Position numbers and translations under genes: made by a program. This document shows, piece by piece, positions 18,636 to 28,322 of a stretch of 64,000 nt of DNA. Under the pieces are notes generated by a model. That model had not been told where the DNA came from and did not search any database. It was given only the letters and a program-made list of their open reading frames with translations. The stretch comes from a bacterium. Lineage in GTDB: Bacteria; UBA8248. The stretch spans positions 3,744,001 through 3,808,000 of the forward strand of contig OZ242260.1 of the NCBI GenBank assembly GCA_965207065.1. The letters run 5' to 3'. Each line of letters starts with the position of its first letter. The first letter of the stretch is position 1.

Positions 18636-18878
18636 ATGGCGAGCATCACGATCGGCAATTTAGACGATGATGTGAAGATCCGCCTTCGCATCCGGGCGGC
18701 GAAGAACGGCCGCACCATGGAAGAAGAAGCGCGGGCGATTCTTAGTGAGGCAGTCGGGCGCAAGCCAGCTCCACAAAATCTCGCAAACCTAATCCGCGCC
18801 CGGTTCGGGCCATTGGGCGGCGTGGACATTGAGTTGCCGCCACGTGAGCCTGCTCGCGAGCCGCCCCGGTTCAATTGA
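18636..18878 (+). CDS. FitA/StbC-like ribbon-helix-helix antitoxin with no adjacent toxin
   Basis: MASITIGNLDDDVKIRLRIRAAKNGRTMEEEARAIL; GGVDIELPPREP. Confidence 0.85.
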   Translation: MASITIGNLDDDVKIRLRIRAAKNGRTMEEEARAILSEAVGRKPAPQNLANLIRARFGPLGGVDIELPPREPAREPPRFN

Positions 18879-18932
18879 AGTTCTAGGCATGAGACTGCCG
18901 AAAAGTGCCACAATTGCCCACAATGGGGACAC

Positions 18933-20471
18933 TTGATGAATCATCGTTCTGGACGCACGGCGCAGGATAAATTCAAACTGCTCTGCTCTGAGGCCGAAAT
19001 TACTTGCAACAGTTCTTCTGAGGATGATCACGGCTGGGATTTCATCATTGAACTTGTTCCCCAACGAGACAGCGGACTACCGGCGGATAAACTATCTGGT
19101 CCTAAACAGGTGCTGGTTCAGGTTAAGTCGACGACAGGCAAGTCTCTAAAAACCAGTATAAAGGTTACCAATGCCCTCAAACTAGCGAAATCGGAATTGC
19201 CATGTTTTGTGGTTTTATTTCATCACGCTCCTGGCACCGAAGAACGCATTTATATACGACATTTCTGGGCCGAGTTGATTGAACGTGCATTATTGCGCGG
19301 CAGACAGGCCAGTGCCGAGAATAAGAAGCTACACAAAGTTAGTATGAAAATAGGATTTTCCGATCAAGACGAACATAGCGCCGACCTTTTAAGTTGGATA
19401 ATCGCTACCGTGAATGAATATTCGGTGGAATACCCTGAAAAAAAACGCTCGCTCTGCGACACTCTAGGCTACGGAGAAAGAAACTACCGCGTAGAGGTAA
19501 CATTTAGTCCGTTAGGCGGTGTAGAGGAACTTGTTGACCACCAGTTGGGATTTACAGACTACCTACCAGTCTCCAATATTAAGTTCGTAGATTCTCGTTT
19601 TGGAATTGACGCTACCATGCCCATGTTGGGAAGCGATCACGGTCGGATACAAATCCGGCCAAATAATGCAAGGAAGTGCAATTTGGTACTTCAAAATTCG
19701 AGTGGAGATGTCATTTCATTTGAAGCCAGAATGAGGGGGCCAGCAATACCCAATCTACCCCCAGACAAGTTCAAAATTGCAATAGAGACATGGTGCTTCA
19801 CCGCGATTATTTTCTCCGATGGTAATATCTCGGCGCAAATCACAGATATATGGAATGAAAAACTCTCGTTGGAACGATTGAGCGAATATGTGACCTTTCT
19901 CTCGTGGGGAGGTGAAGAGATTTCTATGAAAATTGTTGATCATGATGTTCCAGCGTTGATTTATGACGGCAAGTTAAGCCTAAGCGGACATGAGGGATTT
20001 TACAGCGAATTATCTAGTATTCTTGGGACACTGCGGGGAATTCAAAAGCTGGCTGGTATAAACACTGTGAATTTAACATTGCAAGATCTGCGCTGTGCCT
20101 TCAATGAATTGTCGGGCTTTCAGAAAATCCTTTCAGCCGAAGACATTCAACTTTGTGCGCAACTAGATTCACCACTCAAGACTAATGTCAAATTTTCTCG
20201 AATACTTGGATACTTCGACTTCGAAATTGGAGGATATATCTTTTTTGTAGTATTCGATGCTTTGGCGACCGACTTGTCTGCGGGGGGTGGAGACATAAAA
20301 CTCGATTGTGGAAAACGGGTATTGCGAGAATGTTTTGTCGGTGATGATGGCGATAGCATAAGGGCCGCAGGCAAGAAAAGCTATAAGATCGAGGAAGCCG
20401 ATCATGTGGACGAGTGCTTTAGTTTTGGCGACATTCGAACTCTATTACAAGATTACCGAATCTTTGAGTGA
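18933..20471 (+). CDS. DUF4365-like PD-(D/E)XK nuclease-domain protein, AT-rich and probably horizontally acquired
   Basis: N-terminal DDHGWDFIIE..VQVKST; visibly lower GC than its flanks. Confidence 0.65.
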   Translation: MMNHRSGRTAQDKFKLLCSEAEITCNSSSEDDHGWDFIIELVPQRDSGLPADKLSGPKQVLVQVKSTTGKSLKTSIKVTNALKLAKSELPCFVVLFHHAPGTEERIYIRHFWAELIERALLRGRQASAENKKLHKVSMKIGFSDQDEHSADLLSWIIATVNEYSVEYPEKKRSLCDTLGYGERNYRVEVTFSPLGGVEELVDHQLGFTDYLPVSNIKFVDSRFGIDATMPMLGSDHGRIQIRPNNARKCNLVLQNSSGDVISFEARMRGPAIPNLPPDKFKIAIETWCFTAIIFSDGNISAQITDIWNEKLSLERLSEYVTFLSWGGEEISMKIVDHDVPALIYDGKLSLSGHEGFYSELSSILGTLRGIQKLAGINTVNLTLQDLRCAFNELSGFQKILSAEDIQLCAQLDSPLKTNVKFSRILGYFDFEIGGYIFFVVFDALATDLSAGGGDIKLDCGKRVLRECFVGDDGDSIRAAGKKSYKIEEADHVDECFSFGDIRTLLQDYRIFE

Positions 20472-20493
20472 CTCGCAGAAATTCCACAAAACT

Positions 20494-20527
20494 AAAAAAA
20501 ACGCCTCCCTGATCGGGAAGCGGTTTT
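20494..20527. terminator. Bidirectional terminator-like hairpin
   Basis: A run, cgcctccc-tgatc-gggaagcg, T run, between convergent genes. Confidence 0.5.
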
Positions 20528-20575
20528 ATAATTTTGGATAGTTATCAGCTAATTGATCTTGTGTCCTAAAACCCC

Positions 20576-20683
20576 TTAGACCAACAGATAAATCACGCCC
20601 GAGACGACGAGCAGGGCGACCGCGGCCACCTTCACGCCGCAGGCGTCCCACCAAAGATGTTTTCGCTGTCTGTCCTGAACCAT
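20576..20683 (-). CDS. 35-aa single-TM protein at the end of the Rieske/cyt b operon, missing from the ORF track
   Basis: MVQDRQRKHLWWDACGVKVAAVALLVVSGVIYLLV*; ggagaag RBS; starts 16 nt after the subunit IV stop. Confidence 0.6.
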   Translation of the reverse strand: MVQDRQRKHLWWDACGVKVAAVALLVVSGVIYLLV

Positions 20684-20699
20684 CTTCTCCGCTCAATAC

Positions 20700-21479
20700 C
20701 TAGATGTTGAACCAGGGCGTGACGAGAACGTATTTGACGTTGAGCCCGATGCGCAGGACCATTTTCGCCACTATCCCCATCATCGTCATGTTGAGCGACG
20801 CTTTTATGAGATAGCGAACCAGGCCCACGTTCTTCATGCGCTCGCGCCGCCAGATGTAGTAAGCCGGTATGGTGGCGTACCAGAGCACAATCATCACGGT
20901 GCCCGCCGCCGCCTGGCTCCAGTAACTCCTGAAGCCGAGCATGTAGGGCAGGTCCACGTTCGTCAGCGCCACGACCTTGTGCGGGTCCCAGTACTCCCAG
21001 GGCATGAAGAAGTTCCAACCCGGCCCGCGCAGGAATGTTCCCTGCACCACCATCCACACCCACAGGACCAGAAATCCGAACAGGAAGGTGAAGATGGCGA
21101 ACCTGCGCTCGTGGAAGGTGTAATACCCGTTCCCCTTGGGGTTCACGTCGATGAAGGGTATGGCCATCAGGCCCACGATGATGAGGGTGGGCAGCACGAC
21201 GCCCGCCATCCACGGGTCGAAATAGACGAGCAGCTCCTGAAGGCCCAGGAAATACCACGGCGCCTTCGAGGGGTTCGGCGTGACGGAAGGGTTCGCGGGC
21301 TCTTCGAGCGGCGCGTCGATCACGATGGACCACACCACCAGGAATATGGTGATGATGATCGCGCACATGAATTCGAGGCGCGTGAGGTAGGGCCACACGT
21401 GAACCTTGTCGTTCACCCGCTCCCAACTCGTCTTGGCCATCTCATCGGCAGAGCCGACTACCCTGTCTTCCTTCGCCAA
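20700..21479 (-). CDS. Cytochrome b C-terminal subunit (subunit IV/PetD-like)
   Basis: VHVWPYL, PLEEPANPSVTPNPSKAPWYFLGLQELL (PEWY equivalent), GTFLRGPGW. Confidence 0.9.
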   Translation of the reverse strand: MAKEDRVVGSADEMAKTSWERVNDKVHVWPYLTRLEFMCAIIITIFLVVWSIVIDAPLEEPANPSVTPNPSKAPWYFLGLQELLVYFDPWMAGVVLPTLIIVGLMAIPFIDVNPKGNGYYTFHERRFAIFTFLFGFLVLWVWMVVQGTFLRGPGWNFFMPWEYWDPHKVVALTNVDLPYMLGFRSYWSQAAAGTVMIVLWYATIPAYYIWRRERMKNVGLVRYLIKASLNMTMMGIVAKMVLRIGLNVKYVLVTPWFNI

Positions 21480-21511
21480 TGTATTCGCCCTTCCCTGTTA
21501 TGCCACGTAAC

Positions 21512-22300
21512 CTACAAGGGTCCCGATATGCCCCCGTCTTTTCGGATTCTCCAGAAGTGCACCATCATCAGAATCGCCGCTATCAACGGAACGACGATGC
21601 AGTGCAGCACGTAGAAGCGCAAAAGCGTGGGCGGTCCGACGATGGTTCCGCCCAACAGCGCCGAGCGCGCGTCGAAGCGCGGGGTGACGCCCACCATTTC
21701 GGCGAACGGGCCCTCGTGCCCCAGAAGCGGCGTCGCCCGCGCCATGTTCGTTCCCACCGTCACCGCCCAGATGGCGAGCTGATCCCAGGGGAGCAGATAG
21801 CCGGTGAAGCTGAGCAGGAGGGTGAGCGTGAGCAACAAGACCCCGATGACCCAGTTGAACTCGCGCGGCGGCTTGTAGGAGCCCGTCATGAAGACGCGCA
21901 GCATGTGCAGCCACACGGCAATGACCATCGCGTGCGCCGCCCAGCGGTGCATGTTCCGCATGAACATGCCGAAGGGGGCGTCGAATTCGAGATACTTGAT
22001 GTCGGCGTAGGCATATTCACCCACGGGCCGGTAGTAGAACATCAGGACCACGCCGGTGACGACGAGGTAGAGGAACAGCAGGAACGTCACCCCGCCCATG
22101 CACCACGTGAAGCGGATGCGGATGGCGTGCCGCCTGATTTTCGTGGGGTGCAAGTGCAGCCAGAGGTTGTCCACCACCATGAGAACGCGGTTTCTCGGCG
22201 TGTCCTCATACCCGTGGCGGAACATCGACCTCCATACCTGGGAGTCGAGCACACTGCGTTTCACCTGATCCAGATTCAAGCGTTCTTTCAAACTCGGCAT
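21512..22300 (-). CDS. Cytochrome b N-terminal subunit (cytochrome b6-like)
   Basis: [55 protein letters not shown]. Confidence 0.93.
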   Translation of the reverse strand: MPSLKERLNLDQVKRSVLDSQVWRSMFRHGYEDTPRNRVLMVVDNLWLHLHPTKIRRHAIRIRFTWCMGGVTFLLFLYLVVTGVVLMFYYRPVGEYAYADIKYLEFDAPFGMFMRNMHRWAAHAMVIAVWLHMLRVFMTGSYKPPREFNWVIGVLLLTLTLLLSFTGYLLPWDQLAIWAVTVGTNMARATPLLGHEGPFAEMVGVTPRFDARSALLGGTIVGPPTLLRFYVLHCIVVPLIAAILMMVHFWRIRKDGGISGPL

Positions 22301-22343
22301 CTAAAAACCCCCACGTACTCGCATCGAACGAACATATAAGCTC

Positions 22344-22898
22344 TTAGGTAAAGAGAAAAGCACCCGGGTCGTCCCATTGCCCTTTCTCGTGGAGAAACAG
22401 CTTGCCCTTGTCGATAATCAGCTGCCCGTCCTCGGCCAGGCCGATCTTGAGCCTCTCGAGCGGCCTCGGCGCCGGACCCTCGAAGTTGATGCCGGATCTG
22501 CGGAACCCGCTCCCGTGGCAGGGGCACTTGAACTTGTCCTCGGAGCCCAGGTATTTCGGCGTGCATCCCAGATGGGTGCATATCGCGCTCAGGGCGTAGA
22601 ATCCGTTCTGCTCGCGGATGATCCACACGCGCTCGCTGTTCACGTAGCGGGTGTCCACCACGCCCACGGCGTAGTCCGCCGGATCCCCCGCCTTGAACTC
22701 GGTGGGCGGTTCGAACAGAACGCGCGGGAACATGAAGCGCAGGAAACCGATCAGCGCGACGTTGATGGCGCCCAGTACGCCGAGCCACCCCGTGTAGTTC
22801 ATGAACCGCCTGCGGTCGATGAACGGCTTTTTCTCTTTCGCCTCCTCCTCGTAATCGGCAGGCAGCTTTACCGGAGGGGCTTTCAAGCGAGTGTTCAT
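22344..22898 (-). CDS. Rieske [2Fe-2S] protein of the Rieske/cyt b complex
   Basis: Tat-like DRRRFM plus TM; CTHLGC..CPCHGS; GPAPRPL. Confidence 0.95.
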   Translation of the reverse strand: MNTRLKAPPVKLPADYEEEAKEKKPFIDRRRFMNYTGWLGVLGAINVALIGFLRFMFPRVLFEPPTEFKAGDPADYAVGVVDTRYVNSERVWIIREQNGFYALSAICTHLGCTPKYLGSEDKFKCPCHGSGFRRSGINFEGPAPRPLERLKIGLAEDGQLIIDKGKLFLHEKGQWDDPGAFLFT

Positions 22899-23255
22899 GA
22901 GGACTCTACACTCCTGTTTTGAAACCTAAACCACCTTTCGACCTCGCACATCCCAAACCGATCCATCTTCCAGCGTCGCACGGATATATTATCCCCCATA
23001 ACGACGGATAATGAAACCGATTCGCTTGATTTCGCCACGGGCGGCGCATGGCCTCGCCGGACGCCGAGACCATCAGGATTTCAGCTATTGCCAAGGTTCT
23101 TATTACGGACGAAAGCAACCGATGTCAAGGGCGAATGCGCGTTTCCCGCCGGATGGCGGGAGTTTCGCGAACTTGTGGACGGCTTTCTTCTGGAATACGA
23201 TAAAATTTGAGAACAAACAGGAGAGACACTGTTTCAAGAATCCACGGGAGCAACG

Positions 23256-23546
23256 ATGAAACGGGATGAAGTCCTGAAAATTCTCCGGGCACACAAAGGG
23301 ATACTCTCGGAGCGCTTCGGCGTCGCCGAGCTCGCCATTTTCGGCTCCTTCGCGCGCGACGAAGCCACGGAGGAGAGTGATGTGGATATTCTGGTGCATT
23401 TCGATGGTCCGGCGCACTGGAAACGATTTTTCGACGCGCAGTTCTACATCGAAGATCTGCTGGGTCGAGATGTCGATCTTGCGACGGAGAAGATGGTGCG
23501 AGCCGAGATACGCCCTTACGTCGAGCGGGAGATCGTTCATGTCTGA
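23256..23546 (+). CDS. MntA-type minimal nucleotidyltransferase antitoxin
   Basis: FGSFARDEATEESDVD (GSX10DXD); 96 aa; overlaps the next gene. Confidence 0.9.
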   Translation: MKRDEVLKILRAHKGILSERFGVAELAIFGSFARDEATEESDVDILVHFDGPAHWKRFFDAQFYIEDLLGRDVDLATEKMVRAEIRPYVEREIVHV

Positions 23547-23910
23547 GGCCGGTCATGGCGGGCGTGAATGGCGATTTTATGTTCAGGACATGATCGAGTT
23601 CTGCGGCAGGGTATCGGATTACACCGCAGGATTGGATCAGACAATTTTCTTCGCCAGCAAGATCACCTACGACGCCACCCTGCGCAACCTGGAACTAATC
23701 GGCGAGGCGGCGACCCACGTCCCGGAGGAGGTGCGCGATAGGTATCCTGATATCCCCTGGGGCAGCATCATCGGAGCGCAAAACCAGTTGGCTCACGGCT
23801 ATATGAGAATGGACGAAAACCTCGTCTGGACCATGATCGAGGATGGCATTCCCAGTCTGTTGCCGCAATTGCAAAATCTGCTACTCACGGAGACAGAAGA
23901 CTCAACCTAG
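23539..23910 (+). CDS. HepT/DUF86 HEPN-domain toxin with a variant catalytic motif
   Basis: DATLRNLELIGEAA..PDIPW..QNQLAHGY..VW. Confidence 0.88.
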   Translation: MSEAGHGGREWRFYVQDMIEFCGRVSDYTAGLDQTIFFASKITYDATLRNLELIGEAATHVPEEVRDRYPDIPWGSIIGAQNQLAHGYMRMDENLVWTMIEDGIPSLLPQLQNLLLTETEDST

Positions 23911-23937
23911 ACGGCGGTTCGCGTCGGCAAGAACGCA

Positions 23938-23963
23938 GGGCGGGCACAGGGGCCCGCCCCTAC
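23938..23963. repeat. GTAG-type REP
   Basis: gggcgggc-acaggg-gcccgcccctac. Confidence 0.7.
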
Positions 23964-24011
23964 GAAAACCTGCCTCAATCGAAACGAGACGCGCTGGAGA
24001 ATCACTCTCAT

Positions 24012-25004
24012 CTACAAGCCCGCGCGGGTGTTGTCCTTCACCTTTCTGTTGACCACGTTCACGGGCCATTCGCCCGATAATACACGCCTGACCTCGTTGG
24101 GCGCGCCCTGCTGGAGGCCGACCATGGACTCCTCGCTGTACCAGGCCGCGTGCGGGTTGATGATGACGTTCTCACGACCCCGCAGGGGATGGGGGTCGGG
24201 CAGGGGTTCGGGGTCGGTCGTATCGAGGGCGCAGCCGGCGATTTCGCCCGCATCGAGCGCGCGCACGAGCGCATCGGTGTCGATGATGGGGCCACGCGAG
24301 CAGTTTACGATGACGGCGGTGTTCTTCATCTGCGCGAAAGCCTCGTCGTTCATCATCCCGCGCGTCTGGGGGATGAGCGGCGGGTGGATGGAGACGAAAT
24401 CGGACTGCGCGTACATATCCGCGAGTTCCTCCATCTTCTCGCCGGGCGCGTCGAACTGGCCCTGCTCCACGAAGGGGTCGTTGAAGAGCACCCGCATCCC
24501 GAACGAGGCGGCGCGGACGGCCACCATGCGGGCGATGTTCCCGAAACCCACGAGACCCAGCGTGGCGCCCACGAGACGGAACATCGGCTTGCCCGGCGGC
24601 ACCGCCCAATCGCCCGCGCGCACCCGGCGATCGTAAAACGCCACCTTACGGGCCGATGTAAGCAACAGCGCCATCGTGTGCTCGGCGACTTCCTCGATGC
24701 AGTAGGTGGGGTTGTTCGTGACGATGATGCCCGCCTCCGTGGCGGCGTCCAGGTCAATCGTGTCCACGCCGATGCCGTAGCGCGCGATGATCTTGCAGTT
24801 CGGCATCCCCGCCATGTCCTCTTTCGTGATGGGGCCGGCGTAGGTGTTCAAGACCGCCTCGCAATCAGCGGCTTCCCCGAGAAATTCCGCGGGCGTCTTC
24901 GTCTGCATGGCGACGATATCGGCCAGATCTCCCAGAATCTCGTTCTCCACGTCCAGGGACTCCCAGACGTAATCGGTCAGGACGACTTTCGCCTTATCCG
25001 GCAT
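24012..25004 (-). CDS. D-isomer-specific 2-hydroxyacid dehydrogenase (CtBP-like)
   Basis: RYGIGVD, YCIEEVAEH, GLVGFGNIA, NCSRG, PHAAWYS. Confidence 0.92.
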   Translation of the reverse strand: MPDKAKVVLTDYVWESLDVENEILGDLADIVAMQTKTPAEFLGEAADCEAVLNTYAGPITKEDMAGMPNCKIIARYGIGVDTIDLDAATEAGIIVTNNPTYCIEEVAEHTMALLLTSARKVAFYDRRVRAGDWAVPPGKPMFRLVGATLGLVGFGNIARMVAVRAASFGMRVLFNDPFVEQGQFDAPGEKMEELADMYAQSDFVSIHPPLIPQTRGMMNDEAFAQMKNTAVIVNCSRGPIIDTDALVRALDAGEIAGCALDTTDPEPLPDPHPLRGRENVIINPHAAWYSEESMVGLQQGAPNEVRRVLSGEWPVNVVNRKVKDNTRAGL

Positions 25005-25165
25005 GTTGTTCCCCTTTTGCTGGTTTCCAGGATGGCTGAAATTTAATTGCGCGATGCTATCCCACGCTCATAAGGGAATCAAGGCTTTGGGCACATTCCT
25101 TGACCCCCGAGAGACCCTGTAATAGCCTTTTCCAGATTTCCCTTATCCAGAAAGGCGGAGAGCGC

Positions 25166-25732
25166 ATGCCGGACATCGACTCGTTCAGGCTCAGCCCCGA
25201 AGACAGCCTCCTGCTCATCGTCGACGCGCAGGAGCGGCTCATGTCCGCCATGAGGGAGGACGTGCGAGAGCAAGTCGTCGGGCGCATCCTCACGCTGACG
25301 GAAACGGCGAAGCGCCTCGATTTCCCGGTACTCGTCACCGAGCAATACCCCAAGGGGCTCGGGCCCACCGTCGAGGCGGTGGCGGAGAAGGCGCCCGGGT
25401 TCGCGCCCATCGAGAAAATCGCGTTCAGCTGCTGCGCGGAGGAGACGTTCCTCCCCCGCCTGCATGAGACGGGCCGGACGAAGATACTGCTCACGGGCGC
25501 TGAGACGCACGTATGCTGCTACCAGACGGCGCTCGACCTGCTGGATAACGGCTTCATCGTCCACGCCGTGGCCGACGCCACCTGCTCGCGCTCGAAGCTG
25601 AACTGGCGGACGGGGCTCTCGGCGCTCGAGCGCGCGGGCGCGATTCCCGCCACGACCGAGCAGGTTCTCTTCGAGCTTCTCCGCGTGGCGGGCACCGAGG
25701 ATTTCAAATTCCTCTCGAAACTGATACGTTAA
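25166..25732 (+). CDS. Isochorismatase-family cysteine hydrolase
   Basis: IVDAQERL, TEQYPKGLGPT, K..FSC, GAETHVCCYQT. Confidence 0.9.
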   Translation: MPDIDSFRLSPEDSLLLIVDAQERLMSAMREDVREQVVGRILTLTETAKRLDFPVLVTEQYPKGLGPTVEAVAEKAPGFAPIEKIAFSCCAEETFLPRLHETGRTKILLTGAETHVCCYQTALDLLDNGFIVHAVADATCSRSKLNWRTGLSALERAGAIPATTEQVLFELLRVAGTEDFKFLSKLIR

Positions 25733-25785
25733 GCCCCACGCCCACCTGAAACGCTTCACACGCCCCGAGGAAGGATTCGCCACAA

Positions 25786-26880
25786 ATGGCGTCACCGTCC
25801 CGAAAGACAAGCGTCGGCGTCGTGTTCGGCGGGCGTTCGACCGAGCACGAGGTGAGCCGCAACTCGGGCCGGGCCATCATGGCGGAGCTCGATCCTGAGA
25901 AATACGACGTCCATCCCCTCCTGATCACGAAATCGGGCGCCTGGATCGCCCTCTCCGCCCCGGATGCGCCGCCTGATGACGGCGAAGAAGTTCTCTTCTC
26001 GGGCACGCCGAACGGGCGGCCGCTCAGATACGCCGGAAGGGATGAGCCTCTCGCGATTGACGTTTTCTTCCCCATCATCCACGGCACGTTCGGGGAAGAC
26101 GGCACGCTGCAGGGACTGTTCGAACTGGCGGAGGCGCCGTTCGTGGGTTCGGGGTGCGCGTCTTCGGCCGTCACGATGGACAAGGCCGTCGCCAAGGCGG
26201 TGCTGCGCGCGGCGGGGCTGCCCGTTCTGCCGGCGCTGACGCTGTTTCCCGAAACCTGGGAGGCGAACCGCCACGCCGTTTCAGAAGAAGCCGCAGCCAA
26301 AATAGGATATCCGCTGTTCGTCAAGCCCTCCTCATCCGGCAGCAGCGTCGGCGTCCATCTGGTGGAGAGGCCGGATGAACTCGACGACGCGGTCGCCGAC
26401 GCCTTCCGCTTCGACAGTAAAGTTCTGATCGAGGAGCACGCGCAGGGGCGCGAACTCGAGTGTTCGGTGCTCGAGGGACCATTGCCGGGAGAATTCCTCG
26501 CCAGCCCGCTCATGGAGATTACGACGCGTACGGGCTGGTACGACTACGAGGCGAAATACGAGGAAGGCCGCGCTGAACTGATTATCCCGGCTCCGGTGGA
26601 GGAATCCCTCGCCGAACACGCCCGCCTCTACGCGCGGGGCGCGTTCAGCGCGCTGGGCTGCTCGGGACTCGCCCGCGTGGATTTCTTCTACCGCGAGAGG
26701 ACGGGGGAGACCTACATCAACGAGGTGAACACCCTGCCCGGCTTCACGCAGCTGAGCGGATACCCCAGGATGATCCAGGCGGCGGGGGTCTCCTACCCCG
26801 AAATGCTGGACCGCCTGATCGCTTGCGCAATGGCGCGCCACGAGAAGTTAGGCGCGAGGGAATACGACAGAGGCGCCTGA
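25786..26880 (+). CDS. ddl: D-alanine--D-alanine ligase
   Basis: FGGRSTEHEVS, HGTFGEDG, FVKPSSSGSSVG, YDYEAKY, ARVDFF, NEVNTLPGFT. Confidence 0.95.
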   Translation: MASPSRKTSVGVVFGGRSTEHEVSRNSGRAIMAELDPEKYDVHPLLITKSGAWIALSAPDAPPDDGEEVLFSGTPNGRPLRYAGRDEPLAIDVFFPIIHGTFGEDGTLQGLFELAEAPFVGSGCASSAVTMDKAVAKAVLRAAGLPVLPALTLFPETWEANRHAVSEEAAAKIGYPLFVKPSSSGSSVGVHLVERPDELDDAVADAFRFDSKVLIEEHAQGRELECSVLEGPLPGEFLASPLMEITTRTGWYDYEAKYEEGRAELIIPAPVEESLAEHARLYARGAFSALGCSGLARVDFFYRERTGETYINEVNTLPGFTQLSGYPRMIQAAGVSYPEMLDRLIACAMARHEKLGAREYDRGA

Positions 26881-26925
26881 CCGCTTAAACCCCTTGCAAC
26901 GGCGGCCGGAAAGGGAACGATGTAA

Positions 26926-27134
26926 TCACTCCCCCCTTGAGGGTCGGTCTATCCTCCTCGGGTAGACCGACGATGAAGACGAGCGGTTTGTGCGAAGTCT
27001 GAATCGGTGGGGGGTGAATCGCGTTTTATCGCCACTCCGAGTTATACCCCCCACCGAATCGCTTTCGGGCTTACGCCCTCAGCTCTTCGTCGGTCTACCC
27101 GAGGAGGATAGACCGACCCTCAAGGGGGGAGTGA
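26926..27134. repeat. 209-bp MITE/REP-like element with perfect 48-bp terminal inverted repeats
   Basis: tcactccccccttgagggtcggtctatcctcctcgggtagaccgacga (26926-26973) and its exact reverse complement (27087-27134). Confidence 0.9.
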
Positions 27135-27316
27135 AATTCACCGCGCTCCTTTTGTGAGGTTTTTCAACAGCCACCTCAAGGGGGGAGTGGTTCTCTTCTC
27201 TCTCGTCGGTTGGCGATGCTACCCAAGTGCGAAGCCCGCAACCGCGCCGATGGGGAACAGGTTCTCCTCTCCTGAAATTTATCCCCCACCGTCAATTCCC
27301 GCATCGGGTCTCTACG

Positions 27317-28309
27317 TCACGCTCGCAGGCAACCGTCCAGAAACCCGAACGCTTGTTCTTCGGCCCAGTAGGCCGGCGAGCGGGGGTTCCCTCCAGCCAC
27401 AAATCCCACGTGCCCGCCATTTTTTACCAAAACGCCGCTCAGCCACTCCGATTCCGCCACTTCCCGGTGAGGAAAAACGTGGGGCGGCACGATGGGGTCG
27501 TCTTCCGCGGAGAGGATGAGCGTTTTTACGCGAACATGGGGCAGATAAGGCGAAGCGTCGGCTTTCTCATAATAATCAAGCTCATCCCGGAAACCATAGA
27601 GCGGCGCGATGACGAGGCGGTCGAAATGGTGAAAAGTCCGCGCGCGGCGCACCCCCTCGATGTCGATGAGGCCGGGGTGCAGTTTCACGAAACGCTCCGC
27701 TTTTCTCTTGACGCTGCTCAGCAGGTGCCACCTGTAGAAATAGCCGGCCACGGAATCGAGCACTTTCGCGCATGCGGCAGGATTGATACTCGCGGATATG
27801 CAGGCGGCGCCGCGTATGCGGGCGGATACCCCATCGCCACATTCACCGAGCCACTTGAGCAGGACGTTCCCTCCCAGGGAGAAGCCCGCCAGCACGAGCG
27901 GCCCGCTGAACCGCTCCAGGATCCGCCCCGCCACGAAGCCCGGATCCCCCGTTTCTCCGCAATGGTAGAACCTGGGGTTCCGGTTCGGCTCGCCGCTGCA
28001 GGAGCGGTAGTTGAGCGCCAGCGTCCGCCAGCCGAGCGCGCGCGCCCTGGCCGCCGCGCCGCGCACGTAATGGGAATCGGCAGAACCTTCCAGGCCGTGC
28101 AGGACGAGCAGCGTCGGGGCGTCCGGATCGTCTGCGTCCAAAAAATCGACGTCCACGAAATCGCCGTCGGGCGTATCCCAACGCTCGCGCCGCCAGGGGA
28201 TGCGCGGGCGTTTTCTCAAATAATATCCCCAAACGCTCTGGAGATGCCGGCCCCGGCAATACCAGGCCGGGCGGAAAGGGGGGGTGAGCGAAGATTTTTT
28301 AAGTTTCAT
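27317..28309 (-). CDS. YheT-family alpha/beta hydrolase
   Basis: HLQS, RRERWDTPDGDFVD, HGLEGS, GFSLGGN, DDP, GGHVGF. Confidence 0.9.
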   Translation of the reverse strand: MKLKKSSLTPPFRPAWYCRGRHLQSVWGYYLRKRPRIPWRRERWDTPDGDFVDVDFLDADDPDAPTLLVLHGLEGSADSHYVRGAAARARALGWRTLALNYRSCSGEPNRNPRFYHCGETGDPGFVAGRILERFSGPLVLAGFSLGGNVLLKWLGECGDGVSARIRGAACISASINPAACAKVLDSVAGYFYRWHLLSSVKRKAERFVKLHPGLIDIEGVRRARTFHHFDRLVIAPLYGFRDELDYYEKADASPYLPHVRVKTLILSAEDDPIVPPHVFPHREVAESEWLSGVLVKNGGHVGFVAGGNPRSPAYWAEEQAFGFLDGCLRA

Positions 28310-28322
28310 GCCGCGCGCATGG

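Noticed and set aside
23011-23259. Short ORFs between the Rieske gene and mntA
   Set aside because: No RBS or motif support; likely a divergent promoter region
26926-27134. Possible tRNA or known ncRNA
   Set aside because: No cloverleaf, T-loop or CCA; it is a TIR-bounded palindrome
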